Shown in pieces: positions 52,808 to 52,938 of a stretch of DNA of 52,938 nucleotides; the stretch's first letter is position 1, and each line of letters starts with the position of its first letter. A program made the translations under genes and the position numbers. Under the pieces are notes generated by a model. That model was given only the letters and a program-made list of their open reading frames with translations, did not search any database and was not told the origin of the DNA. Origin of the DNA: Eledone cirrhosa (taxonomy: Eukaryota); assembly GCA_964016885.1 (NCBI GenBank), contig CAXHJY010001234.1, positions 1 to 52,938 on the forward strand, in the 5' to 3' direction.

Positions 52808-52938
52808 ATTACATATATATATATACTATATATATTACATATATATACATTACATATATATATATATACTATATATATTACATATATATACATTACATAT
52901 ATATATATTATATTATAAATATATATATTATATATATT
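52701..52938. repeat. Interrupted (TA)n array running to the window end
   Basis: Direct inspection. Confidence 0.95.

Overview
Eukaryotic, AT-rich, transposon-saturated DNA. The SINE and LINE content resembles an octopod cephalopod (inference from recalled repeat families; not database-checked). No host gene is confidently identified; only weak minus-strand exon candidates lie near 9.5-10.5 kb. The left half (1-23 kb) is intron/intergenic-like and carries one full-length RTE-clade LINE with an intact 1044-codon endonuclease+RT ORF (2701-6010), old LINE fragments, tRNA-derived SINEs and MITEs. The right half (23.6-52.9 kb) is a set of very long interrupted (TA)n arrays holding many elements: four RTE families (labelled A-D here), a CR1-like LINE, a DD37D/maT transposon, a non-autonomous Helitron and small non-coding elements. 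The most interesting signal is a set of hammerhead-ribozyme folds in short non-coding, Penelope-like inserts: a canonical type I at 38400-38450 (+), a minimal U3-A8 variant at 38670-38707 (-), an atypical A4 variant in an inverted-repeat element at 51693-51743 (+), and a decayed inverted pair at 487-570. Also notable are a twin-priming-type 5' inversion in an RTE copy and a triplicated LINE 5' junction. The many long Y/I/V/C-rich ORFs are microsatellite artefacts.
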